From a candidate division FCPU426 bacterium (GTDB lineage Bacteria > Oederibacteriota > Muellerivitia > Muellerivitales > Muellerivitaceae): a DNA stretch of 64,000 bases. The stretch spans positions 64,001 to 128,000 of the forward strand of contig CAVYSE010000006.1 of assembly GCA_963771075.1 (NCBI GenBank). Direction: 5' to 3'. Under the pieces are notes generated by a model. The model was given only the letters and a program-made list of their open reading frames with translations. It made no database searches and was not told the DNA's origin. Positions 10,696 to 21,175 of this stretch are shown piece after piece; positions within the stretch are counted from its first letter, which is position 1, and the number at the start of each line of letters is the position of its first letter. The translations under genes were made by a program, and so were the position numbers.

Positions 10696-12255
10696 ATGTC
10701 ATTTAAGAATGCCCACATCCCATTTTTTATCGCCTTGGCGGTTATCTTCGCGACATTGTTTTCCATGAACCTGTATGCCGATGAGGCCGCGCCGGCCGCT
10801 GCGGCGCCTTCCGATCTGGAGGCCTTGAGTTCGCCGGAGGTGGTTCACCTCATGGGCCTGGGTTGGAACCTGGGAAACACGATGGAATGCGCCGGGGATT
10901 GGATCAAGAGCGCGGAAGTCCGCAGTTTCGAGACCGCCTGGGGCAATCCAGAGACCACCAAGGAGATGATCGACAAGATCAAGGAAGACGGGTTCCAATC
11001 CATCCGGATTCCCGTGGCCTGGTCGAACATGCTGGGGAATGACTACAAGATCAGCCCCGCCTTGATGGCGCGCGTGAAGCAGATCGTGGATTGGGCGCTG
11101 GCGGACGGCCTGATCGTGGTCGTCAACATCCACTGGGACGGAGGTTGGTGGTCCAAATTCCCGGCCGATTACGACAATTGCATGCGCCGCTATACTACGA
11201 TGTGGTCGCAGATCGCCGAGAATTTCAAGGATTATCCCGGTACGCTGATTTTCGAATCCTTGAACGAGGAAGGCTGTTTCAACGACGTCTGGAACCGATG
11301 GGGTCCCGCGGCTCCTGAAAAGAAACTGAAGGCCTACGGCATCCTGAACAACATCAACCAAGCTTTCGTCGATCTCGTGCGCAAATCGGGCGGGTTGAAC
11401 GCCAAGCGCCACCTCTTGATCGCAGGGTACGCCACCGATATCGATCTTACAACCGACCCGGATTTCCTCATGCCCAAGGACGCGGTGAACCATTTGATCC
11501 TCTCGGTTCACTATTACACACCCTACACCTTCGCCGGATTGGAAAAAGACGAGAGCTGGGGCAAGGCCCGCTCGACATGGGGCGAGAAGGCGGATTTTGA
11601 CGAACTGGACGCCAATGTGCAGAAGCTGAAGCCCCGTTACCTCGACCAGGGCATCCCCATCATACTGGGGGAGTATGGCGCGACCCTCAAGAATAAGGAC
11701 CCGGAGAGCGTTCGTCTTTACTTGCTCGCGGTGGCCGGGCGTTTCTACGAGGCTGGGATGTGCCCGATGCTGTGGGACCCGGGCTCGCATTTCAACCGCA
11801 AAACCCTGGTGTTCGACGACGCCGAGCTTCTCAAGGGTTTCCAGAAGATCATGGCCAAGAAATGGAAAGAATCCCTCCAGGGCCTGAACCCGGCCGATCG
11901 GCCCAAGGGCCCCGAAGGGCCCGCGCCCTCATTCACCACCATCCCATCGGATATCTTGCAACAGGCGAAAAAGAACGCAGCCTCGACCGCGGGGGCCGAA
12001 TACGAGAAAAGCTTTACCACCCAGGTGGGGAACCACCTGGACAGCTTCCTGCGTGTTTGCACGCTCGACCATCCGCAAACGGACGACCACTCCATCGTCT
12101 TGAAGATTGAGAAGACCGGGGCGATTTCGGGGGTTTACGCCGACCGGGATGATTTTTTGGACAATTGCTTGGCGGGGAAACTGGCGAACGAGACCTGCCC
12201 CGAGCCGCCTTCCGCGCCCTATTTTGAACTCATTAACCTGGCAGTTAACAAGTAG
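10696..12255 (+). CDS. Secreted glycoside hydrolase family 5 (endoglucanase-like) with extra C-terminal domain
   Basis: MGLGWNLGNT, RIPVAW, NIHWD, ESLNEE, HYYTP, ILGEYG; signal peptide. Confidence 0.93.
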   Translation: MSFKNAHIPFFIALAVIFATLFSMNLYADEAAPAAAAPSDLEALSSPEVVHLMGLGWNLGNTMECAGDWIKSAEVRSFETAWGNPETTKEMIDKIKEDGFQSIRIPVAWSNMLGNDYKISPALMARVKQIVDWALADGLIVVVNIHWDGGWWSKFPADYDNCMRRYTTMWSQIAENFKDYPGTLIFESLNEEGCFNDVWNRWGPAAPEKKLKAYGILNNINQAFVDLVRKSGGLNAKRHLLIAGYATDIDLTTDPDFLMPKDAVNHLILSVHYYTPYTFAGLEKDESWGKARSTWGEKADFDELDANVQKLKPRYLDQGIPIILGEYGATLKNKDPESVRLYLLAVAGRFYEAGMCPMLWDPGSHFNRKTLVFDDAELLKGFQKIMAKKWKESLQGLNPADRPKGPEGPAPSFTTIPSDILQQAKKNAASTAGAEYEKSFTTQVGNHLDSFLRVCTLDHPQTDDHSIVLKIEKTGAISGVYADRDDFLDNCLAGKLANETCPEPPSAPYFELINLAVNK

Positions 12256-12412
12256 GTTCGGGTCAAGGGTCATTGGATTTTTCTCTTTAAGGTTGTTTTC
12301 ATTATGAATATTATTTTGTCCATTCATCGGTGTAACCATTCATGTTTCCCAAGTCTTAAAACAGAGCAAGTGACGTTCTAAAAACTCTTTACTGGGAAAA
12401 GGATAATAGATC

Positions 12413-13807
12413 GTGATGAAATGGAACTGTGGTAAGAGCCATCTTTTATTCCTAATCTGTACAGCCTTATTATCTGTTCCCGTAGCCCGTGGACAAGAAT
12501 CCCAAAAACTTGAGGATCTCTACCCCATCCTCTCCCCTTCATATAACGTGCCAGGAAGCGACGAGACTCATTTTCCTCATTTAAATTTTAGGTTTGCTTG
12601 GACTAACGCGGCTCCACTGAAAATCGCCATTCAATTGGCGAACCCGACCTATGGGGATCAGAAGATCAAATTCGCAATCAAGGATCTTACCACGGGTCAA
12701 ACCGTCCAGTTGGACGAGGAACATAACGCCTATTTCATCAATGAAACCCTGCATCCTAACCAGGAAGGAAGCATTTGGTTCGGGGATGTGAACAGCCTGT
12801 CCGACCAATTCGCTCTCAAGGTTTGGGACAATGATGGCGACGCCTTTCAACAGGAACCAGTCACCCTCATGAGCGCTTGGACCCAGAAACCACGGCCGGT
12901 CAAGATCCACAGGTCACCTTCACCCACACCCACTTACACAAAAACAATGGTTCCGACTGTGACTCGGTCTCCTGTCCCAGGCGCGACGCCTCTCCCGACC
13001 TCCACCCCCACATGGACCATGACCTCCTCCGAAACCCCGACCCCGACTGACACGGTGACCACGACCGACACGGCGACCCCTTGCCAGACCCCTGCGCCCT
13101 TCTTCAAATGCTCCCTGGTGTTCTTCGGGGATTCCTTCTCGAGCCGCAACGGTTACCGGCCCGGGGACCGCAATTTCAAGGGGCTTACCATCGAGTCGAT
13201 GCAAAAATGGTATCCTGGCCTGCAAACGACCGATGATGACGTGATGATTCGAGAGGGTTGTGACCCGGGTTGCTGGGCTCATGAGATCCACATCTGGCTC
13301 GATTGGTTGGCCAAAAGCCACAAGGATATTCCGATCGGATACTTTGTCTTTGAGACGGGTGACGCCTGTTTTTATTACGCTCCCGCCCCTGATCATGACG
13401 GCTGCAAGGGTGCGTCCGTATCCCAAGGTGTTTCGATCTCCTACATCTACCAGGAAAAGATGGATGAGACCCTCCAGGCCATCTATGCCCAATATCCGGA
13501 CGTCCATCTGGTTGTGACGGGCATCGCCGACACGACCGGGGGGGCGGGCCATTTCGCCCCGCCGGAGGTTTACCAGGCCTTCAACCAGCGTCTATACGAA
13601 CTCAAGGCGAAATATCCCCGGATGAGGATCGCCGATATTTATCCGTTGATCGGAAACCACAGCGAATATTTTATGCATACGGAGACAATGGATAATGACC
13701 ATCCCACCTTCGAGGGACATGCCCTATATGCGAAATGCGTCTTGGACCAGTTCTCTTATTGGCCTTACCATCCGAAGATCAAAAAGGGTCGTCGTAACAA
13801 AAAATAA
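12413..13807 (+). CDS. Secreted SGNH/GDSL hydrolase with N-terminal beta domain and Pro/Thr linker
   Basis: FFGDSFS block I, DNDHP catalytic block, PT-rich linker. Confidence 0.8.
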   Translation: MMKWNCGKSHLLFLICTALLSVPVARGQESQKLEDLYPILSPSYNVPGSDETHFPHLNFRFAWTNAAPLKIAIQLANPTYGDQKIKFAIKDLTTGQTVQLDEEHNAYFINETLHPNQEGSIWFGDVNSLSDQFALKVWDNDGDAFQQEPVTLMSAWTQKPRPVKIHRSPSPTPTYTKTMVPTVTRSPVPGATPLPTSTPTWTMTSSETPTPTDTVTTTDTATPCQTPAPFFKCSLVFFGDSFSSRNGYRPGDRNFKGLTIESMQKWYPGLQTTDDDVMIREGCDPGCWAHEIHIWLDWLAKSHKDIPIGYFVFETGDACFYYAPAPDHDGCKGASVSQGVSISYIYQEKMDETLQAIYAQYPDVHLVVTGIADTTGGAGHFAPPEVYQAFNQRLYELKAKYPRMRIADIYPLIGNHSEYFMHTETMDNDHPTFEGHALYAKCVLDQFSYWPYHPKIKKGRRNKK

Positions 13808-13985
13808 TCCCGAGGAACAAAGTTGGGTTTGTTCCTTTGGCTCTCCGCTTTTACCTCTCCTCGTGGAAATGAGGACCTCGTTTTTATAAAATTTTGGCGC
13901 AATAAAATAGATTGAATCCGTCTATAGACCGGAACTTAGGAAGGTTATGCATAAAACATTTTTTGGCACATAAAGGGGATGGATC

Positions 13986-15358
13986 GTGATGGGGAATAGG
14001 ATTCGCGTGATTAATCGGGCTGGGCTCTGCCTTATCTTCCTGTGGTTGGCGTTTTTTTGTTTTGACTCTTTTCTTCAAGGTCAGGAAACCCAAAAGATGG
14101 AGGATCTCTATCCCATCCTTTCCCCCACTTTTAAGGTTCCCGGCAGTAATGAGGTGCGATTCCAGCATCTGAATTTCAGGTTGGGTTGGACCCGGGAAGC
14201 CCCTTATCGAATCGCGATCCAATTATCGAACCCGACCTACGGGGACCAGAAGATCAAATTCGCCGTCCGGGACCTGACCATGAATCAAACGGTTTTATTG
14301 GATCTGGAACATAACACCTATTTCATCCAGGAAACCCTGCACCCGAACCAGGAAGGAACCCTCTGGTCCGGTACCGTTTCAAACCTGACGGATTCCTTCG
14401 CGCTCAAGGTCTGGGAGACAGCGATGGAGATTCCTTCGAGCAAACGCCCATCACGATCTCAAGCGCATGGACGGAAAAACCCCATCCCGCCAAGCCCCAT
14501 CCATCGCCCACCCCCTCCTCCGCTTCGCTTACCACGGACATAGAAACACCGGTTCCTCCACCCGCCACCAACGCGAAACCGGCCCTGACCGCCACGGCCA
14601 CCCGAACCATGACCACCACCGCCACGCCCACACCGACTGCTACGGCCACGCCCTGCCAGACAGCCGCGCCTTTTTTCAAGTGCGTCCTGGCCGTTTTTGG
14701 CGATTCCTTTACCAGCCGGTATGGTTTTGACCCCAAGGACCGGAATTACAAGGGGCTGACCATTCAGGCCTTGCAGCGATGGTACCCCGGCGTGGAAGCG
14801 ACTATCAATGACGTAGTGGTGCGTGAGGGTTGCGATCCGGGGTGTTGGGCGCATGAGATCGACGGATGGCTGGACCGTATCATCCAAAGCAATCCGAACG
14901 TCCCTATCGGTTACGCCCTCTTTCAGACGGGGAACTGTTGTTTTTATTACGCGCCGGACCCGGGCCACGACGGCTGCAAGGGCGCGTCCGTTTCCGAGGG
15001 CGTTTCGATCTCCTATACCTATCAAAAATATATGGACTATGCCATCGGCAGGATCTACGCCAAATGCCCCGATATTCACCTGGTGGTGCTAGGGATCGCG
15101 GACACGACCGGCGGGTCGGGCCATTTCGCGCCCCCGGAGGTTTATCAGGCCTACAATCAGCGCCTTTTTGAGCTAAAGGCGAAGTACCCCCAAATGAGGA
15201 TCGCCGACCTTTATAAGGCCATCGGGTCCCACAGCGAGTATTTCCACCACAATGACCAGGCGAATAACGACCACCCCACCCTGGAAGGACAGCTTCTCTA
15301 CGCGAGATGTGTCCAGGACCAGTTCTCCTATTGGCCCTACAAACCCGGGAAACATTAG
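13986..15358 (+). pseudogene. Frameshifted tandem paralog of the SGNH hydrolase
   Basis: ORFs 13986-14543 and 14609-15358 align to the two halves of 12413-13807; an extra GA at 14415-14418 breaks the frame. Confidence 0.85.
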
Positions 15359-15442
15359 GACATCTGGCGTAATTGGGGCGAATGATTGATTGCTTTGGTC
15401 CTCCCGCATTTTGTTGGGTATTTTGGATTTATAATATGACCC

Positions 15443-15766
15443 ATGGAAATAGAACCTTCCAACCCTTCCCACTCCAACCCGGAAATCAAGGACATCTTGA
15501 GAATAAGCGAATTCCTGGATGATATCCTGGTCCCGGATACCCTGAAGCGGGTCCACTTGCCGGAAAACCTGCAGGGAGACCCGCTTGAGATGACAAACGA
15601 AAAAACGAAGGCCCTGTGTATTTTTTACTACGGAATGCTTTTGGGCGGGGCGATGGTCGCGCTGAAGGAAATGCTCAACCGGGAATTGCTGGCGCACGAG
15701 CGGAACATCCTTCAAAAGCGAATCTTCAACTATATTTCCCAGCATTTGCTGGAGCCTGGACGATGA
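15443..15766 (+). CDS. Hypothetical protein
   Basis: 107-aa ORF filling the gap between neighbouring genes. Confidence 0.6.
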   Translation: MEIEPSNPSHSNPEIKDILRISEFLDDILVPDTLKRVHLPENLQGDPLEMTNEKTKALCIFYYGMLLGGAMVALKEMLNRELLAHERNILQKRIFNYISQHLLEPGR

Positions 15767-15898
15767 AGGGGTAAAAAGGGGAGATCCGGTTGTCCCGCCA
15801 ACCCAGGGGGCTGGCGTCTCAATTTTAATTGGCATTGCGGAGGCATGAGGAAGATAATTTCGTTGTTATGAGTGATTCTTAATTAAGAAAGGATTGAT

Positions 15899-16519
15899 AT
15901 GGCACCGTTATCTGCTTCCGCCTCAACACCCCCCGCAGTTTCCTCGAAAGGATTGTCCTGGCCTTATTATCTACTGGGCGTATCCGCCCTGATCCCCTAC
16001 CTGGGGGTCCTGACCGGAATAGCAGCGTTCATCCTGGGCATCCTCAATTTCAAACGCGGTGGTTGGATTCTTCTAATTTTGGCGTTACTGGGATTTGCCG
16101 TCACCGGGGGAGTCAGCTATTTCGCTTATTACCAAATGTTCGTCAACCGGTCGGGAACCATGGGGACTATTTGGGTCAAAGCCACTCAAGACCAATTGAC
16201 TTTGTTGGTGAAGGATATCGAATTTTACAAATTATCGAATGGTCATTATCCGGCGGCCTTGTCCGACCTGCCAGCGGACGCCAAGAAACGCACCTTCGAT
16301 ATCATGGCAATGAACGGGGACTTCAAGAACATCAAGTACGTGAATTATGTCCTGATGCCGGACGGCCAGACCTATTATCTCTTTTCGAGTGGGGCGGATG
16401 GGACGTCTTTTACGGCCGACGATATCTTTCCCAAGATCGATCCCGCCGAAGCCGGCAAATTTGGGTATCGGGAAAGGCCCTTGAATCCCGGCGCGGCGGT
16501 GACGCCCGCTAACCCTTAA
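15899..16519 (+). CDS. Membrane protein with pseudopilin GspG-like C-terminal domain
   Basis: TM helices, then IEFYKLSNGHYPAALSDL and YYLFSSGADGTSFTADDI. Confidence 0.75.
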   Translation: MAPLSASASTPPAVSSKGLSWPYYLLGVSALIPYLGVLTGIAAFILGILNFKRGGWILLILALLGFAVTGGVSYFAYYQMFVNRSGTMGTIWVKATQDQLTLLVKDIEFYKLSNGHYPAALSDLPADAKKRTFDIMAMNGDFKNIKYVNYVLMPDGQTYYLFSSGADGTSFTADDIFPKIDPAEAGKFGYRERPLNPGAAVTPANP

Positions 16520-16564
16520 ACTAGCCGGGGATTTCAACGCGTCGACTTTTAAAAAACGCCCTCA

Positions 16565-17746
16565 TTAAAAAATGTTCAGCTTGCGGCTGTGAGACTCAAT
16601 CTCCGTTATTTCCGAGGGAACCCCGATCCGCATGGGCGGGCCCCAATAACCTGTTCCACAGCTTACGTAGATCTGAGAATGGCCATTTTTATACAAACCA
16701 GCGACATAGGGCTCGAAGAGCTCAACGACGTAATTGAAAGGAACGATCTGGCCGCCATGGGTGTGCCCGGAGATTTGGAGATCAACGCCCAGGTTGACCG
16801 CCTGGTCAAAACCCCGGGGTTGGTGAGCCATTAGGACGACCGGACGGTTTGGGTCGCGGCCCGCCAAGGCCTTTTGCGGGTCATAACGATGGCCGTTGCC
16901 TCTCGCGGAACAATCATCCACTCCAGCCAGGTCAAAGCTGTTTCGGATGGAAACACGCTCGTTCCGCAAGACTTTGATACCGAAACTTTCCATCCAGGCG
17001 ATCCATTCATCCACATCCCCGGAAAAATATTCATGGTTTCCAGTGACGAAATAGACCCCGTCGGGAGCCCTTAGGTCCTTGATAGGTTCCGCTGAATCCC
17101 GCAAATTCTCGAGTGTTCCATCCATGAGATCCCCCGTGATCGCGATCAAATCCGGGTTCAGGACGTTTACTTTGGAGACGATCTCCGCCATGAAACCTCG
17201 TCCGATGGTCGGGCCCACATGCAGGTCGGTGATCTGTGCGATGCGGTAGGGTCCTACGGTACGGGGAAGCTTGTCCAACTTGACCTTGACTCTTTTGATC
17301 CGCACCGCTTGGGCCGTGGCACCCCATAACCCGGAAACCGTCAGGCCGAGGGAACTCAGAACCGCAGTGCTTCCGATGAGTGTGGCCAGGAAACGCCTTC
17401 GCTCGGGGTCCACTGGTTCTTGCTTAAGCAAGGAGGGTAAGCCCAAAAGGAAACATTTTCCAATATCTCCAATGGCAAGGGTTACGAGGAGAAGGAACAA
17501 CAATCCCATCCAGGTATAGGAGAACCACGCGACGGGCATGAAGGGTCCGCGGGGCGTCAGCCGGCCCAAGACCATGGTAATGGGCATCAGGATCATCAAA
17601 ACGAAAAGAATGACCGCGGCGCGTTTTTCCCACTGGAGATTCAAACCTGTGTCACGCGCCAGGCGCGCCCAGAGGTAGTAATGGATCACAATGAGGATGG
17701 AACATGTTATGGCCAAAAAGATAAGTATTCGGGGCCAGAGATGCAA
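16565..17746 (-). CDS. Membrane-anchored metallophosphoesterase (YkuE-like)
   Basis: DLH, TGD, GNHE, SGHTHGGQ motifs. Confidence 0.95.
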   Translation of the reverse strand: MHLWPRILIFLAITCSILIVIHYYLWARLARDTGLNLQWEKRAAVILFVLMILMPITMVLGRLTPRGPFMPVAWFSYTWMGLLFLLLVTLAIGDIGKCFLLGLPSLLKQEPVDPERRRFLATLIGSTAVLSSLGLTVSGLWGATAQAVRIKRVKVKLDKLPRTVGPYRIAQITDLHVGPTIGRGFMAEIVSKVNVLNPDLIAITGDLMDGTLENLRDSAEPIKDLRAPDGVYFVTGNHEYFSGDVDEWIAWMESFGIKVLRNERVSIRNSFDLAGVDDCSARGNGHRYDPQKALAGRDPNRPVVLMAHQPRGFDQAVNLGVDLQISGHTHGGQIVPFNYVVELFEPYVAGLYKNGHSQIYVSCGTGYWGPPMRIGVPSEITEIESHSRKLNIF

Positions 17747-18174
17747 AGGGACTCTCCTTGGACATGGCGTTTAGACCCTGCCCATAAATTTATCGATTCA
17801 CGAATTCCATGCCGACCTTCCCTAAATAGTTATTGGTGTCGGTATAGTACCGAATTCCATAAAAATCGAGTTTCAATGAAAATCGGCACAAGCTTCACTT
17901 GCCCAGCCTTCGGCTGGGGACGTCTTTCAACCCCCGCTAAAATCCTGGGATTCAATGAAGTGACTTTTAAACCCACCTAATTCAAGGGTTTGTGCGGCAC
18001 TTCTTTCCTCCAAAAGGGCGAAAAAAGGGGACATGCGGACTTACTGGCTGGAAAGCAAACGAAAGGGTGATTTGCGTATCCCCGAACTGGATTTGGACTC
18101 GGCCCAGACGGATCTATTTTCACTCGATACCCCGTCCGGAAACAACGGGAAGGCGTAACGCATCCTCAAGGCCG

Positions 18175-19140
18175 TTACATTCCCCGCATGAACTCGTAGA
18201 TCATGTCGTCGAAATGCGGGATGTGTTCGTGGGCGAAATCGTGGTAGAGGACCATCTTTTTTTTCTTGTGCCGAACGTTGTTGAAGGCCGCGAACTGGGT
18301 GGAAGGCGGGCAAATGGTATCCGCCAGGGTAACGCCCATTAATACCTCCGCCTTGATGCGGGGCGCCAGGTGGTGGACATCGATATAGCCCAGCCGGGTG
18401 AATATCTCCTTCTCCCGATTATGATGGGGATCGAATTGCCGGAAATAGTAGGTGAGTTCCTCATAGGCGCCCTTGGCCAAGTCCAGTTCCCAAACCCGCT
18501 GGTAGTCGGAGAGGAATGGATGGATGGGCGCAATCCGCTTGATCTCAGGGGCCAAAGCCGCACAGGCCAGCGTCAGGCCACCGCCTTGGCTGCCTCCCAG
18601 GGCCCCCATCCGATGGGGGTCCACCCCCGGAAGGGAAGCGACAATACGAACCAACTGGGCCGTATCCAAAAAGATCTGGCGGAAAAGGAGGTTTTCCGGC
18701 TTGTCGTCCAAACCCCGGATGAAATGGCCCCGCAGGGTGGTACCCGTCACCCCTCCCCTATCTTCGGAAGAACCGCCTTGGCCACGGCAGTCCATATTGG
18801 CCACTGTAAAGCCGGAGGCCACGTACCCCAGTTTGTCGCTCCAATCGCTGGAAGCCACACTGTAACCGTGGAACATGAATAGGGCGGGCTGTGGGCTGGA
18901 AGATTTTTTAGGTCTCATGAGCTTGGAGTGGATACGGGAGCCGCCCACGCCCGTGAAATAGAGGTCGAAACAGTCGGCGAAATTCGACCGGATGGTCTTA
19001 TTGGGTTTGATCTCTACCTCGGGATCGAGGGCCCGCATTTCCTTAAGGCCCCGGTCCCAGAAAGCGTCAAAATCAGCCGGTTTGGGGTTGGTGCCACGGT
19101 AGGTCCTGAGTTTGCTTAAGGGAAGGTCGAAGGTTTGCAA
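18175..19140 (-). CDS. Acetyl xylan esterase / cephalosporin-C deacetylase (CE7)
   Basis: FHGY, DCRGQGG, GGSQGG, DTICPPSTQFA; AGGAG RBS before TTG. Confidence 0.95.
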   Translation of the reverse strand: MQTFDLPLSKLRTYRGTNPKPADFDAFWDRGLKEMRALDPEVEIKPNKTIRSNFADCFDLYFTGVGGSRIHSKLMRPKKSSSPQPALFMFHGYSVASSDWSDKLGYVASGFTVANMDCRGQGGSSEDRGGVTGTTLRGHFIRGLDDKPENLLFRQIFLDTAQLVRIVASLPGVDPHRMGALGGSQGGGLTLACAALAPEIKRIAPIHPFLSDYQRVWELDLAKGAYEELTYYFRQFDPHHNREKEIFTRLGYIDVHHLAPRIKAEVLMGVTLADTICPPSTQFAAFNNVRHKKKKMVLYHDFAHEHIPHFDDMIYEFMRGM

Positions 19141-19163
19141 AGAATGACTCCTTATGGGGGGTG

Positions 19164-20078
19164 TTAAAAGTAAAAGTGAACCGCGCCGTTGAAAATGGAA
19201 AAGGCATTTGAATTGAAACCCGTGGTCAAGACATAACTGGCATAATGGGTGTTGACGCTGCTGGAAAAGGCAGGATTGTAGAAAGTGTCCTGCTCATTGA
19301 ACGACAAGCTCGAGCTTAACCCCACGCTTCCCTCGATGGAAAGGCTCTCCCAGAAGGGAACGAAGGCCTCAAAGCCAACCCCCAGGAACAGATTCACGAC
19401 CTGGTTTTGGTTGTAATAATATTGTGAGCCATAGGTGTATCCGTTGGAAACATCCGAGTAGACCTGCTCCGCATATGTTTCGGAAAAGGACAGGCGTTCG
19501 ATCCACTGGACGAAAACGTCCTTGACGGGCCGATTGAAATTTTCCTTTAAACCCACCGAGAGGCCGTAGTTCCAGGTGGGCACCTGGATGCTGCCGCCCG
19601 AGAAATCGTAACTGTTGGTCTGGCTGTAAGTCCCCCCCAAGTAAATGTCCAGCGCCGTCGCGTCATCCATCCAATAACGGTAAGCGAACGCGGTGGGGAT
19701 ATTGGTTAAGGAGGCGATCCCGACCCCCGTTCTGCCTTTCAAATGCTCGGGGGAAAAGGGGGCGGGTATGGGGGATGGGGTGGGGACGGCCGTTTCGCTC
19801 GGGGTTGGGGTGGGAGAGGCGGTTTGGGCCCAGGAAGCCCCTGTCACGACGAGTAGCCAACTGAAAAAAATAAGGGAACTATGCACTTGGCAAAGCTTGC
19901 CAGTAAACCCTCGCCCCTTGAGGGAGAGGGCCAGGGTGAGGGGTGCTTTGCGGCAGGAATTCCCCCTCATCCCAACCTTCTCCCTCCCGGGGAGAAGGGG
20001 AACCCATGAAAAACTGGTTTTTGCCCTTAATGCATTGCCAAGTGCATAGTCCTGAAAAATAGTATTAAGAAAGCGCAT
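19164..20078 (-). CDS. Outer-membrane beta-barrel protein whose signal-peptide region carries an in-frame repeat insertion
   Basis: GGAGG RBS before ATG 20081/20078; PT linker; amphipathic strands; C-terminal HFYF. Confidence 0.75.
   Translation of the reverse strand: MRFLNTIFQDYALGNALRAKTSFSWVPLLPGREKVGMRGNSCRKAPLTLALSLKGRGFTGKLCQVHSSLIFFSWLLVVTGASWAQTASPTPTPSETAVPTPSPIPAPFSPEHLKGRTGVGIASLTNIPTAFAYRYWMDDATALDIYLGGTYSQTNSYDFSGGSIQVPTWNYGLSVGLKENFNRPVKDVFVQWIERLSFSETYAEQVYSDVSNGYTYGSQYYYNQNQVVNLFLGVGFEAFVPFWESLSIEGSVGLSSSLSFNEQDTFYNPAFSSSVNTHYASYVLTTGFNSNAFSIFNGAVHFYF
19878..20050. mobile_element. MITE-like element with internal palindromic hairpins
   Basis: TIR ACTATGCACTTGGCAA 19878-19893 / TTGCCAAGTGCATAGT 20035-20050; internal CCCTCGCCCCTTGAGGGAGAGGG-type hairpins. 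Confidence 0.8.
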
Positions 20079-20242
20079 CATGGTCCTCCATTCATATAAC
20101 ATCTAAAAAAGACTTTGCCATTTTCATCTAAAGGGCAGGCGCTTGCAGTAAAAAAACGTGGGCCCCAGCGCGAAGCCTTTGGGTTAAAATAAAGTGGTAT
20201 TCAATCAAACATTTCACGGGCCGGTATGAGAAGGGGGATCCT

Positions 20243-20677
20243 ATGAGAAAAATAGCGGTGTTATTAGTTTTATGCGGCTTGTTTTCATTGTTTTGTTTTA
20301 TCCCGGCCTGCCAAATCAACCCGCCAAGTTCCTCCGCTAGCGCTTCCTCGGCAACCAAGTCGGGCACGGTAGCCATTAATGATGTCGCTATTGGAACTTG
20401 CCCGGTGAACGTGTGGCTCGACACCACGGGGCCCGTCACCATCCTTCCTGGCACCCTCTATCAATTTACGAATGTCTCCTCCGGGACCCATAACCTGACC
20501 GTCAATACGACAGCGACCGTTTCATGCTCCGCCACCCCCGGACCCTGCATGATCGCGAACTATGGTTCCACCATGACAGGCTACAGTTGTGAATTCGGTT
20601 TGAGCAGCGGAGCTGTTACTTTGACGGGTTCCATCACGGATAATGGCTGTAATATCCTCTCGGTTGAGTGTCCTTGA
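20243..20677 (+). CDS. Cys/Thr-rich putative lipoprotein
   Basis: Signal peptide with IPAC lipobox-like motif, Ser linker, beta-rich domain. Confidence 0.7.
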   Translation: MRKIAVLLVLCGLFSLFCFIPACQINPPSSSASASSATKSGTVAINDVAIGTCPVNVWLDTTGPVTILPGTLYQFTNVSSGTHNLTVNTTATVSCSATPGPCMIANYGSTMTGYSCEFGLSSGAVTLTGSITDNGCNILSVECP

Positions 20678-20858
20678 CCCTGCCTTTGGGTGTCAAAGCC
20701 AACCCAGGGCCCTTTTCACCTTCGATCAACCTTGAAATAGCCCCTCAAATTTAGCTTTCTTTGCCAAGCTTTTGGGGAAGTTAGCAGTGGGTGCCGGGCA
20801 GTTCAGCGTAATGGCTGGAATAGGCATGGAGGGTGCCGACAACATCGTCAAGATATTC

Positions 20859-21077
20859 CATGCTTATTCGAACAGCGCCCGCTAGTTGCGCGAAAACGGC
20901 TTTTCAATATCCCCCCCCCTTGAAAAAGGGGGGAAGGGGGGTATTAGGCGTTACGGTGGAATTGGCGGAAAAGCTAACTCCCCCTTTTTCCCCCTCTTTC
21001 AGAGGGGGAGAACAGTGTATGGCCTGCGGATGAATACAAAAGTCCATGAACCAACGGGCGCTGTTCGGATAAGCATG
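20859..21077. mobile_element. MITE-like element with internal double hairpin
   Basis: 23-bp TIR CATGCTTATTCGAACAGCGCCCG / CGGGCGCTGTTCGGATAAGCATG (1 mismatch) enclosing CCCCCCTTGAAAAAGGGGGG...CCCCCTCTTTCAGAGGGGG. Confidence 0.8.
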
Positions 21078-21175
21078 AGATCTTCGGGCCTTGATCCCTA
21101 ATTCACTCGGGATTAGCGCATCGCTACCGCTTAGTCCCTTTTCCGATTACTTCCAGGGATAAATGAGGAGCCGAA

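Noticed and set aside
17790..17980. Hairpins upstream of the metallophosphoesterase (CCCAGCCTTCGGCTGGG etc.)
   Set aside because: Short isolated stems consistent with a terminator or chance; no recognisable RNA family
20833..21101. Short ORFs containing PPLKKGG-type peptides (also ORFs at 31442-31702)
   Set aside because: Translations of repeat elements, not genes
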